Program-made: the position numbers and the translations under genes
Source: a virus
Strand: one strand, 5' to 3'
DNA: 64,000 nt
Virus record (IMG/VR): IMGVR_UViG_3300037231_000129
Location: 34,025-98,024 of that record
Shown: in pieces, positions 58,382 through 64,000 of the stretch
How positions within the stretch are numbered: position 1 is the first letter of the stretch
Layout of the letters: each line of letters starts with the position of its first letter
The notes under the pieces: generated by a model
What the model saw: the letters and a program-made list of their open reading frames with translations, nothing else
Told to the model about the DNA's origin: nothing
Database searches by the model: none

Positions 58382-59131
58382 TCAATGGCACTGCAGCGAA
58401 TAGAGGAAGTTCACGCCGTTGCGGAAGATCGGACCCACCGCCATGATCGAGCGCTCTTCGCCGTTGACGTAGATCAGATCGTCCACCGCCGGCAGCGCGA
58501 CCGGTACGCCGTTGGCCATGGCGGCGATGTTGAGGCCGAGCGTGTTGACCTGGGTCCAGCCTTTCTGGGTCATCTCCTCGAGCGTGAGCACCCGGCCGAA
58601 AACCTGCTCATCTGCCAGGAAATCGAAGGTGACCGGCTGGCCTATCATCTGCACCGGAAGCAGCGGTCCCGGTGAGGTGACACATATCACCGGAAAGGCG
58701 TTGTTCGCGGCCAGCGTGTCGGCATTGTAGATCGTGGGGACACCAAACGACGGTTGGCTGCCGCCTCTGCCGGTGTTGAATCCCAATGGAATGCCATCGC
58801 TGTCGGTCAGGACATCAGTCGGCATTGTTTGCACTGTCCAAGCCACGCCGTTGACGAGGATCTGGTCGCCGGCGACCAGACGTCCGCTGAGCGTCGTCGC
58901 GGCCAATCCGAGGTAGGTGTTACTGTCGGTGCCGGTGACTGCCCCTGTGACGGCTATGTCGGTGCTGTAGGAGGGCGGGTTCGAATAGGGGACGGCCCCA
59001 CCGCCGGCGAGCAGACTGACACGGCGCAGGGTCATCGGTTCGCCGCGGGCAAGCATTCGTGTCGCCACCCGCTGCTGGACGTAGCCGTTACGGGATCCCT
59101 GCGCGCCACCGGGCCAGAGGGGGGCTGCCAT
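58382..59131 (-). CDS. putative head-closure protein with insertion
   Basis: synteny; G..MTLRR N-terminus and P.VDD.I...G......V.P C-terminus. Confidence 0.5.
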   Translation of the reverse strand: MAAPLWPGGAQGSRNGYVQQRVATRMLARGEPMTLRRVSLLAGGGAVPYSNPPSYSTDIAVTGAVTGTDSNTYLGLAATTLSGRLVAGDQILVNGVAWTVQTMPTDVLTDSDGIPLGFNTGRGGSQPSFGVPTIYNADTLAANNAFPVICVTSPGPLLPVQMIGQPVTFDFLADEQVFGRVLTLEEMTQKGWTQVNTLGLNIAAMANGVPVALPAVDDLIYVNGEERSIMAVGPIFRNGVNFLYSLQCH

Positions 59132-59148
59132 GGCTTACCCGCGGCATT

Positions 59149-59757
59149 TCATGGTGCGGTCCTCTTGTAGTTCCGCAGCAGTGACTGAGCGCCGCGCGGG
59201 ACCCCGCCGGCGCCTTGGTCGTCGTACGTTCCTGAAAACACGCCAGCGGTCGATTCGGAACGCAGGTTGGTGTCGGCCGCCTGGGCGTTGTAGATCGCGT
59301 TCGCGGTCAATTTTAACGCCAGGTAGATGTTGGCTGGCATCGCCGGCGGCACCCCGCCGGGGGCCAGCGACATGTCGTAGCCGGCCGTGTAGCTGACCGA
59401 AATGTTTAGAATGCCACGCGGAAGCCTGCCGTAGCCGGCGAACACCAGCTTGCGCGGGTTTTCCGGTGCGATCCGATAGCCGGGTTTGTTCGGGCCGGCT
59501 GGCACCAGGTTTGATCCGAAGGGCCAATCCGAGATCGTCACGCTGCTGACCGATTGAACCGGCCAGTTGTTGAGCAGGATATAATCGGTGCCGTTGCTGT
59601 TGTAGAGCTCGCCGGTATAGGTCTGCAGCGCGAGATCACGTTCGATATGATCCCGGACCGCATCCGAAGCGGCATTCGCGATGACGCCGGCGGAGATGTC
59701 ATCGATCCCCGGCCCGAGCCACGTTTCCACATCAGCGATCGATACCCAGAGCGCCAT
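59149..59757 (-). CDS. head-tail adaptor (gp6-like)
   Basis: L..WPV.SVSSV, PRG..NI.VSYTAGY...P..I..A. Confidence 0.8.
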   Translation of the reverse strand: MALWVSIADVETWLGPGIDDISAGVIANAASDAVRDHIERDLALQTYTGELYNSNGTDYILLNNWPVQSVSSVTISDWPFGSNLVPAGPNKPGYRIAPENPRKLVFAGYGRLPRGILNISVSYTAGYDMSLAPGGVPPAMPANIYLALKLTANAIYNAQAADTNLRSESTAGVFSGTYDDQGAGGVPRGAQSLLRNYKRTAP

Positions 59758-59758
59758 C

Positions 59759-60127
59759 TTACCGGATCGACTCGTTCAGCACGGCGCTGGCGCCGGATGT
59801 CCGTGCCTGGCGTTCGCTGTAATCGGCCCACATGCCGCGCAGCTGCTTCAGCGACCGGCGTCGGTCGACCTTGGGACCCACCGCGTCCAGTTTGGTGAAG
59901 AGGGTCTGGCGTTCGGTCTCGTCCATTTCAGAGTTGGCGCGCATTTCATCCATGGCGACCTTGTCCGTCGGATCGATCGCCCTGCAGCCATGCTCGGCGA
60001 GGGCCTTTTTCAGCCCGGGCGAGAAGGCATGGACCTCGAGCACACCATCGGCATTGACCTTGTGCTCGATCCCATCGACGGAAAGCGATGTCATGCCCGG
60101 ATTTCCGAGCGCGTAATGCATCGGCAT
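59759..60127 (-). CDS. hypothetical virion-associated protein
   Basis: GAGGAG SD; directly after major capsid. Confidence 0.6.
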   Translation of the reverse strand: MPMHYALGNPGMTSLSVDGIEHKVNADGVLEVHAFSPGLKKALAEHGCRAIDPTDKVAMDEMRANSEMDETERQTLFTKLDAVGPKVDRRRSLKQLRGMWADYSERQARTSGASAVLNESIR

Positions 60128-60183
60128 TGGCTGTCTCCTCAGCGGTTGCGGGGAGACCACAATGGCCTCCCCCACGCCGAACG

Positions 60184-61695
60184 TTAGCCCGGCGCGATGT
60201 TGGTGATAAATCCAAGCGACGGCGGGAAATAATGTTGCAATACCTGATCGGCGTAGACACCGTATTCGTACTTGCGGGTCCTCAGCGGCCACTCGATCTG
60301 GTAGTACTCCTTCCGGCTTTTGATCTGGTACACGTTTTGCACATCGTTCAACGCGTACGGCAGCTCATCCGTCAGGAACATGATGTTGCCCGGCGGCAGG
60401 TTCGGATGGAGTTTGATCGGCAGATCCTGCGACGGGCCCATTCCGAACGGGTTGGTGTAGCCGGCGATGCGGCTGCCGCCTTTCAGGCCGTCCCGATCGG
60501 TGGTGACGGTGAACCGCGACAGCGGCACAGCGCCGGCGCTGGGCGAAGTCAGCACCTTCCTACGCATGTAATTTTGTTCCTGAGAGCTCACCCACATGGT
60601 GGTCGGCGACAGCCGGTAGTTGTTCCAGAAGGACTCGAGCGCCGCATCCAGCTCGATGATGCCACCGGTGCCGTCGGGCGTCAGTGGAGTCCCAATGCCG
60701 TTCGGCCCGGTGGGCTGCGCCGCCCAGTAGGAGCCGGAACCCGGTGTCGCGGCGATCGAGGAGAACCCGTTGAACACCAAGTGGTTCACCGAATTGTCGC
60801 CCGACAGCGCGGAGAACAATTGGCCGCTGACCGGCAACGCGGTGATCGAGATCGAATTGATGTTGGTGACGGCGTACATGTACACGTTCGCGCCGACGCC
60901 GACATACCAGGCATAGCCGAAAGCGCCGATCACCGGGGCCACCGAGGCGGTGACGGTGGACGACGCCGCGGCGGTGAGCACGCTGGCGGTTGCTGACGGA
61001 CCAGCCGCGCCGCAGCCATAGGTCTCGACAGAGCCGTCCGCGTTGGTGCGGGTCAGGATGCCGGCGGGAGAACCGGGAATGCCGCCGGCAACGGTGACGT
61101 TGCGCAGGCCTTCCATGGTCAGCGCGACGCAGCCGACGACCACGGTGGTGGCGTTGGCAATGGCGCCGCCGGAGCCGATCGCCGCGACAACCGGGGTCGG
61201 CGTGGTGCCGAGTCCGGTGATGCCGCTGCCACCCAAAATAATGAATTCTTCCTCGATCATCAAAGCGCGCAGCAGTGATTGCACCGCGGTCGCCTTCAGA
61301 TCCTGGAAGCCCTCGGCGGACATGTCCGCTTCGAACGTGACGTAGTTGTCAAAGCCGATCCCGGCGAACGCCGCCAGGTAGCTCATCACGGTTTCCTGGA
61401 TGACAGCGCCACGGTTGCCCTGGCCAAGACCACCGGAAAGTGAGGTGGTGTTCACCCCGGTGATGGCCCGCCAATTCGCCTGGATGCCGCGGCCGCCGCC
61501 GACTCGCGGGATCATGTTCCGCAGTGGAGTCAGGACCGGGTAGAGCAGTTTGGCAGGGGCTTCGAGGTCATAAACCTGTAGGCCGGTGGTGGCTGAGCCG
61601 GGTTGCACCCAGGCTTTCGCCAGATCGCCCATTTGGCCAGAGTTGGCCGCGATCGTCTCGCGGATGAGCCGCAAGGAGTCCGAAGTTACACCCAT
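60184..61695 (-). CDS. major capsid protein
   Basis: YDLEAPAKLLYPVLTPLRN.IPRV, YYQIEWPLRTR.YEYGVY, G.ITNI; upstream of neck genes. Confidence 0.85.
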   Translation of the reverse strand: MGVTSDSLRLIRETIAANSGQMGDLAKAWVQPGSATTGLQVYDLEAPAKLLYPVLTPLRNMIPRVGGGRGIQANWRAITGVNTTSLSGGLGQGNRGAVIQETVMSYLAAFAGIGFDNYVTFEADMSAEGFQDLKATAVQSLLRALMIEEEFIILGGSGITGLGTTPTPVVAAIGSGGAIANATTVVVGCVALTMEGLRNVTVAGGIPGSPAGILTRTNADGSVETYGCGAAGPSATASVLTAAASSTVTASVAPVIGAFGYAWYVGVGANVYMYAVTNINSISITALPVSGQLFSALSGDNSVNHLVFNGFSSIAATPGSGSYWAAQPTGPNGIGTPLTPDGTGGIIELDAALESFWNNYRLSPTTMWVSSQEQNYMRRKVLTSPSAGAVPLSRFTVTTDRDGLKGGSRIAGYTNPFGMGPSQDLPIKLHPNLPPGNIMFLTDELPYALNDVQNVYQIKSRKEYYQIEWPLRTRKYEYGVYADQVLQHYFPPSLGFITNIAPG

Positions 61696-61923
61696 GATTT
61701 TGGTCTCGCCGCCGCGCCCTGTTGCAGCGTAACGGGAATGTCAGCCTGATGCTGATCATGCGGGCCGGTGCCTGGGCGGCAGTCTCGGCAACGCTCCGGA
61801 TCGAAACCGGAGTCGGGTAGCCACTCAGAAAGCGGCCACCCGTGTCATCTCATAACTAAGACACCGGCGCAAGCGGTTTCGGCTCACGCCGGCGCAGCCG
61901 GTTAGTACCCCTGACGCGAAATA

Positions 61924-62598
61924 TTAGGCCCGGCGACGATGCCGAACCAGTCCGAGAGAAATCAGACCAAAGCCCAGCACAGCCAGCGAAACCGGCTCAG
62001 GAATCGACGAAATGTCGATCGTGTCGTTTGCCGTGCAAGGATGGCCGACGGAACAAGCTCCCATTGTGAGCGCGTATTCCACCGTTTCGCTGTACGGTGA
62101 CGACAGCGCCGACGACGTGTTGATTATGTTCATCGCGTCTGTTTCATGGGTGAACGTAGCCGTCGCCAACTGGGCACCGGCAAATAGAAGATTGCCGGTA
62201 GACAGATAGGTGGTTTCCACCACCGACACGACGTCGTTCGTCCACGTATTCGACGTGAAGCCGCTCAAAAACGAACTGACTCCGAGCGGTGACGAAAGTC
62301 CTTGCTCCGTCACCCATACATACAGCGTTGAGCCAGCGTGAGTTGTTGAGACATTGACCGATGTCGTGTCCAGGTTTGCCTCCGGGAAACCGAGTGCCGG
62401 AAAACCTTGTGCGCTGACGTTGTACGAAGTGTCAGTCGGGCTTGAGATGTAGTCGACAAAGCCACTGCCGCTATCCGTTGCCACCGTCGAAGGCGTCGAA
62501 CCGATGCCGATCGAAATAAGGCTCGCTTCGGCGAACCCGGCTGACAACCCGATACCGAGCGCCGCCAAGGCAACCATTCGCAAAAGATGCTTTTTCAT
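61924..62598 (-). CDS. PEP-CTERM sorting domain surface protein
   Basis: signal peptide MKKHLL..AEA; Ser/Thr-rich; C-terminal IPEPVSLAVLGFGLISLGLVRHRRRA. Confidence 0.92.
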   Translation of the reverse strand: MKKHLLRMVALAALGIGLSAGFAEASLISIGIGSTPSTVATDSGSGFVDYISSPTDTSYNVSAQGFPALGFPEANLDTTSVNVSTTHAGSTLYVWVTEQGLSSPLGVSSFLSGFTSNTWTNDVVSVVETTYLSTGNLLFAGAQLATATFTHETDAMNIINTSSALSSPYSETVEYALTMGACSVGHPCTANDTIDISSIPEPVSLAVLGFGLISLGLVRHRRRA

Positions 62599-62651
62599 AC
62601 CCCTGTATCCTTTCGTAGGAGCACACCTTGCACTCCCGAAAAGATTGCAGA

Positions 62652-62666
62652 GCAATCTTCGTGCCA
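62652..62666 (-). promoter_or_regulatory. sigma54 (-24/-12) promoter
   Basis: TGGCAC-GAAGA-TTGC, consensus match ~55 nt upstream of the PEP-CTERM ATG. Confidence 0.8.
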
Positions 62667-62730
62667 AAAACGAAAATGAATATATGTCAATCTGTTATGC
62701 TGACTTTGGTCGAACCCGTGACAACCGACC

Positions 62731-62747
62731 TGTAAAGAATTCCGACA
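62731..62747. promoter_or_regulatory. putative enhancer-binding-protein site (PEP-CTERM box-like)
   Basis: TGTAAA-gaatt-CCGACA (TGT-N11-ACA) ~65 nt upstream of the sigma54 site. Confidence 0.6.
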
Positions 62748-63153
62748 CCTTGGAAACCAACTGGATGGGTTATCACGGTTTCGGTCAGCCGATGGTTTCA
62801 GCCGATGGTTTGCAGCCGTTCGACTTTCTCGTCCAGCCGGCTGACAGCTTCCTCGAGCGCATCCAGATCCATATGCAGGTTGGCCAGCACGCCCTCTTTG
62901 GAGACCATCGCCATTTGTCCGGCTTGCAAAGTGGCCCCTTCGTTATGCACCCGGCTGATGATACTCTGAGCGGCGTCAGCGGTATTGTTGATACGCGTGG
63001 TCAGCGCCGAAATGCGATTCCGGATGTATCCGAGATCCGTGTCCCTGGGTGAGGCACTCGCTCTGCCTGAGACTTGAGTCGAACGACCTAATGTGGCGGT
63101 TTCCATTTGATGGCCTTTCCTGTGATGCAGGCCAATCAGCGGAGGATTCCCCA

Positions 63154-63798
63154 ATGACCTACCCAGACATGTTGCCGGTGTTTCTGCTCACCGAGCAACC
63201 ACTGCGCCGACGCTGGTTGCGCCGGCTCAGCGCCGGCCTCGCGAAATGCGATATTTGCGAGCGCGGCTATCACCAGGCAAAAAATCTGATCGGCGATTTT
63301 GCCAATGATCTGCGCAAACATAGCAACGGAGGCAAAGTCTATCCCGATCCGCCACCACGCTCAGCCTATGAGCTGGATCCGCGCTGGCCCATGCGGGCGG
63401 CGTGCGGCTACATCTTCGAGGCGACCGACAATTGGCAGGTTTTCGAACGCGCGCTCTACAGCACGCCGACCGGCGAGCTGATCACTTTGGACGAGGCGGC
63501 GATCGGCGCCTGCTGGGATGCCTGGTGGTACAAGCGCAAAGGGCCTGACGGCCGGGCGCTGGTGGTGAAATGCCCGGATGGCTACGAATGGGCCGTCGAT
63601 CAGCGCTGCCGGGCCTGCACGCTACCGACTGAAAGCCACCACCATTGTTGGGTACGGCACGGCAGCCCGGAAGACGGCTCGCTGCACATCGACAAGGACG
63701 GCCTTACCTGCGGCGCCGGCGCCGGCTCGATCATGACCGGCAAATGGCACGGCTACCTCGACCACGGCCTGCTACGCCTCGAGCGCGCGCTCGTTTAG
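63154..63798 (+). CDS. hypothetical Cys/His-rich protein
   Basis: GGAGG SD; C-terminal C.AGAGSI...WHGYL.HG.L. Confidence 0.6.
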   Translation: MTYPDMLPVFLLTEQPLRRRWLRRLSAGLAKCDICERGYHQAKNLIGDFANDLRKHSNGGKVYPDPPPRSAYELDPRWPMRAACGYIFEATDNWQVFERALYSTPTGELITLDEAAIGACWDAWWYKRKGPDGRALVVKCPDGYEWAVDQRCRACTLPTESHHHCWVRHGSPEDGSLHIDKDGLTCGAGAGSIMTGKWHGYLDHGLLRLERALV

Positions 63799-64000
63799 CG
63801 GTGATGGCAGGATCGAGCCGTCCTGCCGGGTGCGTCTGTCCACATCGTCGCGGAATTCATGCACCACGTACGAGTTTTCACCCGGACCGTGCAGGGGCGC
63901 GAAGGGTTTCTCACCATCGACGTTGAACCATTCGCCCAGTTCATGATTTTCCACGCCGCGGCAGCATTCGAAGATCCAGCGCCGCCAGGTCTTTTCGTTG

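Noticed and set aside
43990-61345. Long + strand ORFs antisense to the virion genes (e.g. 52673-54016, 56343-57308)
   Set aside because: Shadow ORFs caused by high-GC codon bias opposite well-supported genes.
1-64000. Integrase, reverse transcriptase/DGR, or host chromosomal flank
   Set aside because: No such motifs recognised; the whole window looks phage-derived, so lifestyle cannot be determined here.

Overview
The window is a 64-kb segment of a large, GC-rich tailed phage genome (siphovirus-like). The host is probably an alphaproteobacterium, judging by a GcrA homolog and a GTA-type DUF2460/DUF2163/NlpC-P60/tail-tip module. It carries the terminase large subunit (2.9-4.5 kb) and a probable small subunit (11.7-12.8 kb), NDK, a tRNA-Phe and a tRNA-like RNA. 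It also has a replication block (HTH initiator, primase-helicase), ERF/SSB recombination genes, and a minus-strand virion operon from major capsid to tail fibre (41-61.7 kb) preceded by a PEP-CTERM gene with a sigma54 promoter. The main unexplained signal is at the RNA level. About 24 hammerhead-ribozyme-like structures (7 with type-III and 17 with type-II topology, many with unusual but covarying cores) lie on the + strand, nearly all immediately before the start codon of a small putative early gene, with the Shine-Dalgarno built into the fold. There is also an ~800-nt, densely base-paired RNA between a promoter and an intrinsic terminator (17.0-17.8 kb). All RNA calls come from manual folding; catalytic activity is not demonstrated. 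Protein family calls are motif recognition from memory, not database searches.
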